Assembly: GCA_044450345.1 (NCBI GenBank)
Contig: JBIOIY010000004.1
Span: 82,534-146,533 of the forward strand
Direction: 5' to 3'
Length of the DNA stretch: 64,000 bases
Origin: Thermodesulfovibrionales bacterium
GTDB taxonomy: Bacteria; Nitrospirota; Thermodesulfovibrionia; Thermodesulfovibrionales; UBA6898
The translations under genes and the position numbers were made by a program. The notes beneath the pieces were generated by a model. That model made no database searches. It saw only the letters and a program-made list of their open reading frames with translations, and was not told the DNA's origin. This document shows positions 1 through 8,460 of the stretch, one piece after another. How positions within the stretch are numbered: position 1 is the stretch's first letter; the number at the start of each line of letters is the position of its first letter.

Positions 1-70
1 TGATCCAATGGTGTAGAGTAGAAATGGAATTAGGGGTTGCTGGATCAACAAAAGACTGAATGTGATCCTT

Positions 71-1939
71 TTATCTGACGCTCTCGAAAAACCCCCGGCC
101 GTACTCCCTCGTCTCGATCCTCTCGTCGCAGATCACCACCCGTCCCCTGTCGTCCTTCGATCGTATCAGCCTCCCGAAGCCCTGTTTAAACTTGAGGATG
201 GCCCTCGGCAGCGAGTAGTCACGGAAAGGGTTCCCGCCGGCTTTCTTTATCTCCCCGGTACGCGCTGCGACAATAGGTTCCGACGGCACTTCGAAAGGCA
301 ATTTTGTGATGATGAGGCAGTTGAGGGAATCCCCCTTTACATCCACCCCTTCCCAAAATGAGTCGAGGCCGAAGATAACACTGTTTGTGCTTTCCCGCAT
401 CTCCTGGAGCATCTTTTTGTTCGGGGCCGCCCCCTGCACCATAGGGTTCAGCCCCCCTGCGAGAAGTTTCCCGGCAGAAATCTCCCATGTCTTTCGCATT
501 ACATCTCTCGAAGTGAAGAGCACGAGAGTGCCCCCTTCTTCTTTTGAAGATTCCCTCACTATCACAGCGGCCAGTTTCTCGATGCCCCTTCCCTGCTGAA
601 GGTCGATGCCCCTCTCGACGGCAATCCTGACCTGTCTGCCCATGTCGAAAGGGGAAGGCACGGCCAGTGTTTCAGGGCCGTCGAGGCCGAGGATGTTTTT
701 AATGAGACCGAAGTCTCCGGCCACGGACAGAGTCGCGGATGTCAGGATGACCGGCCCGTAATCCGGCAGCAGATTGTCCCTGACGAAATCCGATGGGTAT
801 ATGGGCGACATCCTCAGGGCGGTCCTCTTTGCCTCTGTCTCGGCCCACCTGACGAACCCGGCTGTCTCTTCAGCAAATATCTCCATGCCCTCGCAAAGAG
901 ACACCAGCTTGGCGACTGCGGCCTTCAGGTCAAGCTCTTCATCTTCGCTAAAAAGACCTGTAACGGAGGTCCTGATTTTTTCGAGGAGCGCCCTTATCGA
1001 GGCGGACAAGACCGAAAGGGGGCCGCCGAGTTCGAAAGTCCCCTTTATGACCTTCCTTGTTTCAGGGATCTCCCTTGCCCTGCTGAAAAAGACCGCCGCC
1101 TCAACCTTCACGGCCTCAAGGTCGGGGAAGAGCACCGGCGTTTTTGAAAGGAGCCCTTTGTATATGCCCCTTTGGTCCACCCTCAGCAGTGTAGTAAGGA
1201 TCCTTTCGAGTCCCCTGTCCGACAGGTTGAGCCCGATCTGCTCGGAGACGATGCTGTCGAGTGAATGCCCTTCGTCGATCACCAGTACCCCTGCCCCGGG
1301 AAGGATTTTTTTGTCGACGGGCATCATCGCGTTGATTGCGAGCAGGGCGTGGTTGGTCACCACAACCTGCGCCGATTCCCATTTCCTCCTTGCAGCGAAG
1401 TAATGACAGTCTTTAGCATACGCGCACTTTTTCCCGTGGCAGGCATCGGCATCGGCGCATACCCTTTCCCAGATCATGGGCCTCCCCTGCCCACTGCAGT
1501 CTTCTCTGTCGCCCGAAGATGTCGAAGCGGACCAATCGAGGAGACGCTTATGTTCGGCCGATTCTTCCTCGTTGTCGGGATGGAAGGCATTGATGCGTCT
1601 CAGACAGACGTAGTTGCCTCGCCCCTTTGCAATGGCATAGTCGAAATCCTTGAGGGCCGAAAGCAGCTTCAGGTCCTTTGAGACGAGCTGTTCCTGAAGG
1701 GTTATCGTCCTCGTCGAGATGACGGCCTTTTGCCCGGAAAGGATTATCGGGACAAGATAGGCAAAGGTCTTGCCCGTCCCTGTGCCCGCCTCGGCGATGA
1801 GAGTGCCGCCTGACTCTATGATGCGCGCGCAGGCGTCCATCATCTTCAGCTGAGGCTCCCTCAGCTCATACCCGTCCAGTGCCGCTGCGACGGCGTGTAC
1901 GAGGAAGTTCTCTGATTCCTGCTCAAGTCCTGAGATCAC
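71..1939 (-). CDS. DinG/YoaA-family Fe-S DNA helicase
   Basis: LREPQ Q-motif, EAGTGTGKT Walker A, Cys cluster, DEGH box, SAT, FWEGVD and QGFGRLIR motifs. Confidence 0.92.
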   Translation of the reverse strand: MISGLEQESENFLVHAVAAALDGYELREPQLKMMDACARIIESGGTLIAEAGTGTGKTFAYLVPIILSGQKAVISTRTITLQEQLVSKDLKLLSALKDFDYAIAKGRGNYVCLRRINAFHPDNEEESAEHKRLLDWSASTSSGDREDCSGQGRPMIWERVCADADACHGKKCAYAKDCHYFAARRKWESAQVVVTNHALLAINAMMPVDKKILPGAGVLVIDEGHSLDSIVSEQIGLNLSDRGLERILTTLLRVDQRGIYKGLLSKTPVLFPDLEAVKVEAAVFFSRAREIPETRKVIKGTFELGGPLSVLSASIRALLEKIRTSVTGLFSEDEELDLKAAVAKLVSLCEGMEIFAEETAGFVRWAETEAKRTALRMSPIYPSDFVRDNLLPDYGPVILTSATLSVAGDFGLIKNILGLDGPETLAVPSPFDMGRQVRIAVERGIDLQQGRGIEKLAAVIVRESSKEEGGTLVLFTSRDVMRKTWEISAGKLLAGGLNPMVQGAAPNKKMLQEMRESTNSVIFGLDSFWEGVDVKGDSLNCLIITKLPFEVPSEPIVAARTGEIKKAGGNPFRDYSLPRAILKFKQGFGRLIRSKDDRGRVVICDERIETREYGRGFFESVR

Positions 1940-2061
1940 CGGTGCGCCTTTCTTTCCTCATAGTATATTTCGCGGCATTCTTCGAGGTGCATAGCATAGT
2001 CTCTTTCATGAGAGCTGTAGTAGGCACATTATCTCCGGACTTTTCCGGCAGGAAATTTTCT

Positions 2062-3840
2062 CTACTGTCCCGGTTTTATCCTGAAGTAGTCCACGATATC
2101 GTCCGGGCCTTCAGCGTTATCGACTACCGGGAAATAGAGGCTGAAGGTAGTTCCTTTTCCGACTTCCGACTGAAGATCAATTGCCCCGCCGTGGGCCTTA
2201 ATAATTCCATAAGACATTGCCAACCCGAGTCCGGTGCCCTTTCCCGATTCCTTTGTAGTAAAGAAGGGGTCGAATATCTTGTCCCGTATCTCTCCGGGTA
2301 TTCCGGTGCCTGCGTCCTGGATCTTGAGTATCGCATATTCCCCGGGTTCCAGAAGGAGCGGGCTTGCAATATTTCTCGTAATCTTCCCGGACGACGTTGA
2401 GATCGTTATGATTCCCCCGTTCGGCATTGCGTCCGATGCATTCACCAGGAGATTCACCAGTATCTGTTCTATCTGGTTGATGTCACCCTTGATGAAGGGG
2501 AAGTTCTCGGCGGCATGAAACACGACCTGGATGTTCTTTTTTGAGAGCATCCTTTCCAGGAGCTCAAGCGTGTCGCTTACGGCATGGTTGAGGTTGAGCA
2601 GCTTCATCTCAACCGAACCCGTACGGGCGAAGCTCAAAAGCTTTGTAACGATGACATGTGCTTTTATCCCGGCCTTCTCGATGATGAGGGCCTTGCTGTG
2701 TATGGACGGGTCAACACCTTCTTCGTCGCTGATCAGCTCTGCATAACCCATGATTTGAGTAAGTATGTTGTTGAAGTCATGCGCAAGTCCTCCTGCGAGG
2801 ATCCCCAAGGATTCCATCTTCTGGGACTGCAGAAGGTGTTCCTGGAGCCTTTTTTTGTCGGTGATATCCCTGTGGAAAGACTGTATGACGATCTGGCGGT
2901 CGATTTCAATTGCCTTAGCACTGACTTCAACAAGCAGCTTTTTCCCGTCCTTTTTGAGGTGTTCTGTCTCAAAGACCAATGCGCTGTCGGCGAGCAGGTT
3001 TTTCATCCTCTCCCGAAAGGCGGCGCTGTTTTCTTCCCCTTCCAGGATGTGTATATTGGTACCTAAGAGGTCGTCCTTTTCGTATCCGTACATAGTGCAG
3101 AGGTTGTTGTTCGCATCGAGTATTGTCCCGTTCTCGTCGAGCACGAGGATCCCGTCGTTTGCATTGTCGAAGAGTTCCTGGAACCTCTTGTTGGAGAGAC
3201 GCAGTTCTTCTGTCCTTGCCCTCACCATATCATCAAGTGCCTCCGCCTGCTTCTCAAGCTTTTTCTTTTCTTCGGCAAGGTCAAACTGGAGCTCTACTGC
3301 CTGTGCGGTAGCTTTTTCGCTGTGACTTCGTAAGGACAGCGCGATTGCAAACGTGGCAAGCAGGAACGCGTTGTTCAGGATAAATGTGGGGATGTCCGTG
3401 ATCGTGTCGAATACAAGTATCGGCACGAGGTAAATCAGATAGATCAGGGACATGCCGAACATCGCTGCGGAGAAGCTAAATGGAAAATATCCAAGGACGC
3501 AGACTATGAGAAGGATCATGCCTGCGTAGTAGGGTGATTTATGGCCGCCGAGGGCCATGATCATGGCCTCGATCGTTATGGCAGACAAGGCGGCGGCAAC
3601 GAAGATGATCACATGCTGGCGTCCGCCGCTCTTCTTCTGATTGAGAATCAGGAGAAAAAGCAAGGCAATTGTTATCGAAACCCTGTATATAAGGAACTGC
3701 GTGAACAACGTAGGGGTATAGAAGTAGTCAAGGACCCCGAGAAGAAGGAACAGGATCGCCCCGAGCACAAGGATCTTGTTTATCCAATGTTGCAGGAGCG
3801 ACAGAAACTGGTCTTTTATATATTCTTTTTTCTCATCCAT
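2062..3840 (-). CDS. Multi-TM PAS sensor histidine kinase (PhcS-like input region)
   Basis: About 5-6 N-terminal TM segments with SPYYAG, a PAS domain, AHDFNN H-box, and NASDAM, DAGTG, FFTTK, GTGLGL boxes; no receiver domain. Confidence 0.9.
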   Translation of the reverse strand: MDEKKEYIKDQFLSLLQHWINKILVLGAILFLLLGVLDYFYTPTLFTQFLIYRVSITIALLFLLILNQKKSGGRQHVIIFVAAALSAITIEAMIMALGGHKSPYYAGMILLIVCVLGYFPFSFSAAMFGMSLIYLIYLVPILVFDTITDIPTFILNNAFLLATFAIALSLRSHSEKATAQAVELQFDLAEEKKKLEKQAEALDDMVRARTEELRLSNKRFQELFDNANDGILVLDENGTILDANNNLCTMYGYEKDDLLGTNIHILEGEENSAAFRERMKNLLADSALVFETEHLKKDGKKLLVEVSAKAIEIDRQIVIQSFHRDITDKKRLQEHLLQSQKMESLGILAGGLAHDFNNILTQIMGYAELISDEEGVDPSIHSKALIIEKAGIKAHVIVTKLLSFARTGSVEMKLLNLNHAVSDTLELLERMLSKKNIQVVFHAAENFPFIKGDINQIEQILVNLLVNASDAMPNGGIITISTSSGKITRNIASPLLLEPGEYAILKIQDAGTGIPGEIRDKIFDPFFTTKESGKGTGLGLAMSYGIIKAHGGAIDLQSEVGKGTTFSLYFPVVDNAEGPDDIVDYFRIKPGQ

Positions 3841-3870
3841 GAAATTGCCCTATGAGAGTTCGCGGGGAAA

Positions 3871-5145
3871 TCATCTCACTTCCGTTCCACATAACTCCTT
3901 GCTCACCATAAAAAATAGGATCACGCCTGATTCTTCACGTGCGGTCGCCACGTTCTTTCTCTCTATCCCGGCATCCTCCAGTATTTTCCAGCAGTCGCTC
4001 TCCTGCCTTTGGTAGAAAGCATCCCAGTCCGAGACCCAGTGATAGTCGAACGTCGAGTATCTCTTGCAGTCCTTGAATGAGATTATCATAGTGCCGCCGG
4101 GATTAAGCAATTGGTAAAGCGCCCTGAACATCCTGACAAGGACAGCGCTCTCCAGGTAATCGTAGAGCCCGGTGCTGTAAATAATATCCTGCATGCCGAA
4201 CTCTTTGAGGCTCCTTTCATGGCTTATCATCTTCAGGGCATTATACCTTCTGAAGGTAAAACGGTCCATGGATATCCCCGTTGTAGACAGCCTGGAGGCA
4301 GAGAATGCAAGGGCATCACCGTCGAGGTCGACGCACGTGACATGGGAATTGTTGGCTTCTATGTCAGAGGAGATTTCAACGAGCTCCCTGCAGGAGCCAC
4401 ATGCTATGTCCAGTACTTTTGTTTTTTCATGTTTTCGCAGTTCTTTGAGGAGAAGGTCTTTCAAGGCCTCCTTTCTCCCCCTGACCGCCACTCCAAGCTC
4501 GGTGGAGAGGATGTATCTGTCTATGTAGAACCCTATGCCGGTCGATTGAGGCGTGTTCTTGTAGAACGCTTCAAGCGTTTTGTAGTCGCCCGGATAGCCC
4601 TGGGGCCAGGTGAGTACGCGGCTCCAGAAATAGCTTTTGGCAGAGATCGGATTAGTCCTTCCCCTCAGTTTTTTCTGAGCTTCTTTTATCTGTTTTTTGT
4701 TGTCTCTGTTTTCTTCTTCGAAGAGTTCACAGGCCTTCTTCATATTCATGAAGGTTTGACGGGTCAGCTTCATGACCTCATCCTGATCGTGGCCAGGGAT
4801 CAGACACTTTGCCTCGATGGTTTTCATCTCCGCAAGGAACCGGTCAATAGCGGCGGAAAGGGCTTCGGTCTCGATTGCCTCGAACATTAAGCCCACCCTG
4901 AGCATGGAGTCATTGATACGTTTCGTCCACTTTACTACACCGGCGTAGCTTCCTAAGCTGCTTTCCATCGTAAGTGTGAGACCCGGCTCCAGCGGGAAAT
5001 CGGTCTCGATACCTATCCCCGCCTCACTGAAATCATGAATTCTTCCCTTCACGCAAGTCCCTTTCTCAAGGTGACATTCCACGTCATCCGTAAAGGGTCT
5101 TCTGTAAAAACGTCTCATTTCTTCAACGTTAAATGGATCTCCCAT
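3871..5145 (-). CDS. PilZ-domain class I SAM-dependent methyltransferase, PhcB-like
   Basis: N-terminal RRFYR and DFSEAG PilZ motifs; PQGYPGDY; VLDIACGS SAM motif; STGLYDYL; RBS GAGGAGG. Confidence 0.75.
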   Translation of the reverse strand: MGDPFNVEEMRRFYRRPFTDDVECHLEKGTCVKGRIHDFSEAGIGIETDFPLEPGLTLTMESSLGSYAGVVKWTKRINDSMLRVGLMFEAIETEALSAAIDRFLAEMKTIEAKCLIPGHDQDEVMKLTRQTFMNMKKACELFEEENRDNKKQIKEAQKKLRGRTNPISAKSYFWSRVLTWPQGYPGDYKTLEAFYKNTPQSTGIGFYIDRYILSTELGVAVRGRKEALKDLLLKELRKHEKTKVLDIACGSCRELVEISSDIEANNSHVTCVDLDGDALAFSASRLSTTGISMDRFTFRRYNALKMISHERSLKEFGMQDIIYSTGLYDYLESAVLVRMFRALYQLLNPGGTMIISFKDCKRYSTFDYHWVSDWDAFYQRQESDCWKILEDAGIERKNVATAREESGVILFFMVSKELCGTEVR

Positions 5146-5213
5146 TACTTCCTCCTCAGGGAAATATTTTTTGTCGAACCTTCTCAGAACGAAAGGGGCA
5201 TCACCTCCTCAAA

Positions 5214-5253
5214 CAAAAAAAGCCGCGCTGTATTCTTGCCCTGGCAGCGCGGC
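5214..5253 (-). terminator. Intrinsic terminator inside the 5' leader of the methyltransferase gene
   Basis: Minus strand GCCGCGCTG-N14-CAGCGCGGC followed by T7, about 70 nt upstream of the start codon. Confidence 0.75.
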
Positions 5254-5310
5254 CGTCCGTATGCTGGATGGCGTTCCATCCCTGTTAATAAGGGGTTGGC
5301 TTTATCAGGC
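5241..5310 (-). ncRNA. Candidate degenerate or variant c-di-GMP-I (GEMM-I)-like riboswitch
   Basis: TGATAAAGCCAACCCCT..AGGGATGGAACGCCA..GGACGGCCGCGCTGCC follows the GEMM layout and overlaps the terminator arm, but lacks a GNRA loop and has AAC in place of AAA. Confidence 0.4.
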
Positions 5311-5457
5311 ACTTTTTCCCATGCTTCTTCCTAATTAGGGATACTATACCCCCATTTAATCTGGAATCGCAAGACCTTCGGCAATATCACGGCGCATTCG
5401 CCGACGCCTGAGTTCGTATCCTCTTGTGCGGTGGTAATGTGTTAAAATGAAAGCCTT

Positions 5458-7041
5458 ATGAAAAATGGAAAAGGAGTAGTGTATCTTGTCGGGGCGGGGC
5501 CGGGTGACATCGGCCTGCTGACGGTGAAGGGGCTTAAGTGCCTTCAGAAGGCGGAGGTCGTCATATACGATTTCCATCTGAACGCACAGATACTCAACTA
5601 TATCAGCCACGATGCCGAATTCATATATGCCGGCAAGCGCGGCGGCCACCACACAATGACCCAGGACGAGATAAACACGACCATTGTCGCGAAGGCGAAA
5701 GAGGGAAAAAACGTCTGCCGTCTCAAGGGCGGCGACCCTTTTGTCTTCGGCAGGGGCGGCGAAGAGGCCCAGGTCCTTGTGCGGGAGGGAATCAGGTTCG
5801 AGGTCGTGCCGGGTGTGAGTTCCTCCATTGCCGCACCCGCGTATGCGGGGATCCCTCTTACCCACAGGCTTTACTCGTCCTCGTTTGCAGTTATCCCGGG
5901 CTACGAAGATACCACAAAAGAGGAGTCCTCCATCGATTGGTCGAAGCTTGCGACAGGGGTGGGCACCCTCGTTTTTCTCATGGCGGTCAAAAACATTGGG
6001 GTGCTTACGCAAAAGCTGATGGAGAACGGCCGGGACCCTGATACGCCTGTTGCCGTGATACGGTGGGGCACACGGCCGGATCAAAGGACCCTTCAGGGGA
6101 GACTGAAAGACATAGCCGATCTCGTTTTCGAAAGGGACATAAAACCACCCGCGGTCATGGTCGTCGGCGAAGTCGTGAACCTGAGGCAGGAACTGAAATG
6201 GTACGAATTGAAGCCGATGTTCGGCCACCGGATACTTGTGACCAGGGAGCATGCGGAGGGGTTCGAGGACCTGGAGGAACTCGGCGCGGAAGTCGTCCAG
6301 TTCTCGACGGTCGAGATCGTCCCTCCTCAGTCCTGGGATGGACTCGACGGCTGCATCGAAGGGATAGGCTCATACGATTGGGTGATCTTTACGAGTGCCA
6401 ACGGGGTCAGATATTTCTTCAGCAGGCTTTTTGAGAAAGGTGTCGACATCAGGGATTTGAAAGGCCTGAAGATCTGCGCGATAGGTACTAAGACCGCCGG
6501 TGAGATAAGGAAATTCGGGCTGAAGGTCGACCTGGTCCCCGAGGAATTCAGGGCGGAGGGATTGATAGAGGCCTTTGTAAAAGAAGTAGGGGCGGGGTCA
6601 CCCCGCCCCTACGTATTGAAAGGGACCAGGTTCCTTCTTCCCCGTGCAGAGGTCGCGAGGGAGACATTTCCGGAAAAGGTCCGTGAACTCGGCGGCGTCA
6701 TCGATGTGCCTGTGACCTACAGGGCGGTCAAGCCGGAGTATCACGGCAAAAGGATGAGGCGTTTTCTGAAGGAGGGAAGGATCACCATCGCCACTTTTAC
6801 GAGCGCTGCCACGTTCAATAACTTCATGGAGATCATGGGGGAGGATTCAGACGAACTCCTCAGGAATGTTGCGATAGCCGTCATAGGACCGGTGACTGCA
6901 AACGCCGTTAACAAGGCGGGGCTAAAGGTCGGGATAATGCCGGAGGAGGCGACGGTTGAAGCGATGGTCGAAGAGATAAAGAGATGGGCCGCAGGTAACA
7001 CCCCTCCCGAAAGTTTTCGGGACGCCCCACTCTTAAGATAA
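5458..7041 (+). CDS. cobA: Fused uroporphyrinogen-III C-methyltransferase / uroporphyrinogen-III synthase (CobA-HemD)
   Basis: VYLVGAGPGD and RLKGGDPFVFGRGGEE; C-terminal HemD half with IFTSANGV and FTSA. Confidence 0.95.
   Translation: MKNGKGVVYLVGAGPGDIGLLTVKGLKCLQKAEVVIYDFHLNAQILNYISHDAEFIYAGKRGGHHTMTQDEINTTIVAKAKEGKNVCRLKGGDPFVFGRGGEEAQVLVREGIRFEVVPGVSSSIAAPAYAGIPLTHRLYSSSFAVIPGYEDTTKEESSIDWSKLATGVGTLVFLMAVKNIGVLTQKLMENGRDPDTPVAVIRWGTRPDQRTLQGRLKDIADLVFERDIKPPAVMVVGEVVNLRQELKWYELKPMFGHRILVTREHAEGFEDLEELGAEVVQFSTVEIVPPQSWDGLDGCIEGIGSYDWVIFTSANGVRYFFSRLFEKGVDIRDLKGLKICAIGTKTAGEIRKFGLKVDLVPEEFRAEGLIEAFVKEVGAGSPRPYVLKGTRFLLPRAEVARETFPEKVRELGGVIDVPVTYRAVKPEYHGKRMRRFLKEGRITIATFTSAATFNNFMEIMGEDSDELLRNVAIAVIGPVTANAVNKAGLKVGIMPEEATVEAMVEEIKRWAAGNTPPESFRDAPLLR
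6586..6612. repeat. GTAG-type REP palindrome in frame within the hemD half
   Basis: GTAGGGGCGGGG-TCA-CCCCGCCCCTAC: perfect 12-bp stem, 27 nt, encodes VGAGSPRPY. Confidence 0.9.
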
Positions 7042-7150
7042 CGCCCCCAGGCTCCCTGCCTGCCGGCAGGCATGGCGCCTCTCCCCCTCTTTCCGCACTC
7101 AGGCGGATTCGCCGAGGTGAAAAGATAAGAGGGGGTAAAAGGGGAGTTAT
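6996..7150. repeat. Nested cluster of short palindromes
   Basis: TCCCGAAAGTTTTCGGGA (7005-7022), TGCCTGCCGGCAGGCA (7057-7072), TCCGCACTCAGGCGGA, and CCCCCTCT...AGAGGGGG arms. Confidence 0.8.
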
Positions 7151-7213
7151 GATTTCCGGGGGGGAAGGAGGAGGTATGATCGTCCCTCCGCTTTTTTGTA
7201 GCATCGTATTCTG

Positions 7214-7996
7214 ATGATTGCAGATAATGACACATATGTGACCGACCCTTACAGACCGCGGTCCCTGTTCTCGAGGGTCTTTCTCAGTCCTAAATTTATG
7301 TTCTACCCTCAGTTCTTCTTTATCATATGGCTGAACGGGAGGAGGGCGGAGAAAGGTCTCTATGGAAGCAGGGAGTGGGCCGAGAGCAGTCTGGATGTGA
7401 TGCGCGCTCTTGAGAACGTAGGCGTGCGTATCGAGATCACCGGCATGAACAACATAAAGAGATTCGGGGGCCCAGCGGTCTTTATCGGCAATCACATGAG
7501 CACGCTCGAAACGATGGTGCTGCCGTGCATCATCCAGCCGGTGAAGGAAGCCACCTTTATCGTTAAAAAGAGCCTTCTGACAATGCCTGTCTTCGGACAT
7601 GTAATGCGGTCGCGTGACCCTGTTGTCGTCGGCCGTGTGAACCCAAGGGAAGACCTCAAGACGGTCCTTGAAGAAGGTGTAAAGAGGCTCCAGGCCGGAA
7701 GGTCCGTCATCGTATTTCCCCAGAGCACGCGGTCAGTGGTCTTTGACCCGGAGGAATTCAACAGCCTCGGGATCAAGTTGGCGTCGAGGGCCGGTGTGCC
7801 TGTTGTTCCTGTGGCGTTAAAGACCGACGCATGGGGTATCGGGAAACACGTAAAAGAGTTCGGGCCTGTGGACACCGGGAAAAGAGTCCATTTTGCCTTC
7901 GGCGAGCCGATGACGGTAGCGGGCCGGGGAGTCGAAGAACACCAGAAGGTGGTCCGATTTATACAACAAAAGCTCGATGAGTGGAGCAAAGAGTAA
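7214..7996 (+). CDS. Lysophospholipid acyltransferase (PlsC-like)
   Basis: NHMSTLE block I (Glu in place of the usual Asp), IVFPQSTRS, VPVVPVA. Confidence 0.85.
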   Translation: MIADNDTYVTDPYRPRSLFSRVFLSPKFMFYPQFFFIIWLNGRRAEKGLYGSREWAESSLDVMRALENVGVRIEITGMNNIKRFGGPAVFIGNHMSTLETMVLPCIIQPVKEATFIVKKSLLTMPVFGHVMRSRDPVVVGRVNPREDLKTVLEEGVKRLQAGRSVIVFPQSTRSVVFDPEEFNSLGIKLASRAGVPVVPVALKTDAWGIGKHVKEFGPVDTGKRVHFAFGEPMTVAGRGVEEHQKVVRFIQQKLDEWSKE

Positions 7997-8039
7997 AAAG
8001 TGAAAAATGAATGGTGAATAGAAAAAAGCAGAGGGTGCA

Positions 8040-8288
8040 ATGGACATAAGCAACGAAGACATTAAAGAGGTCCTGGTGGAGATACCCGAAGGCCATCGCC
8101 ACGTTAGGACAAGGATAGTTCTCCAGGACGGCACGGAGTTCGTCTTTCAGGAGGCAGCGGTGGCAAACATCGTGCGCGCCTTTATCACTGTGAAGACACA
8201 CCCCGAGAAGGCCTCGGTCAGGCTGAAGGGAAGGCGTTCCGAAAAAGGGAAACCAGGCTACGCCGAATGGCAGTTGGTCGAGGAGTGA
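8040..8288 (+). CDS. Small hypothetical protein
   Basis: 82-aa ORF with GAGGG RBS and host-like codon use, co-oriented with neighbours. Confidence 0.7.
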   Translation: MDISNEDIKEVLVEIPEGHRHVRTRIVLQDGTEFVFQEAAVANIVRAFITVKTHPEKASVRLKGRRSEKGKPGYAEWQLVEE

Positions 8289-8343
8289 GACGGCATGCCT
8301 TCTGTTTCTCTTATCCCGCACGGCGTGGTACATTAATAGTGCC

Positions 8344-8460
8344 ATGGCTCAGAAGATACTTGGGGTCGATGACGATATGACCGGTTATTTCATCGAAGAG
8401 CCCTTCAGCATAGAGGCGCTCAGGAAAAAGGGTAAAGAAATATTATATGGGCCTTCCTGA
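8344..8460 (+). pseudogene. Internally deleted response-regulator receiver remnant (38 aa)
   Basis: Manual translation MAQKILGVDDDMTGYFIEEPFSIEALRKKGKEILYGPS: receiver beta1 joined to the beta5-alpha5 end. Confidence 0.65.
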
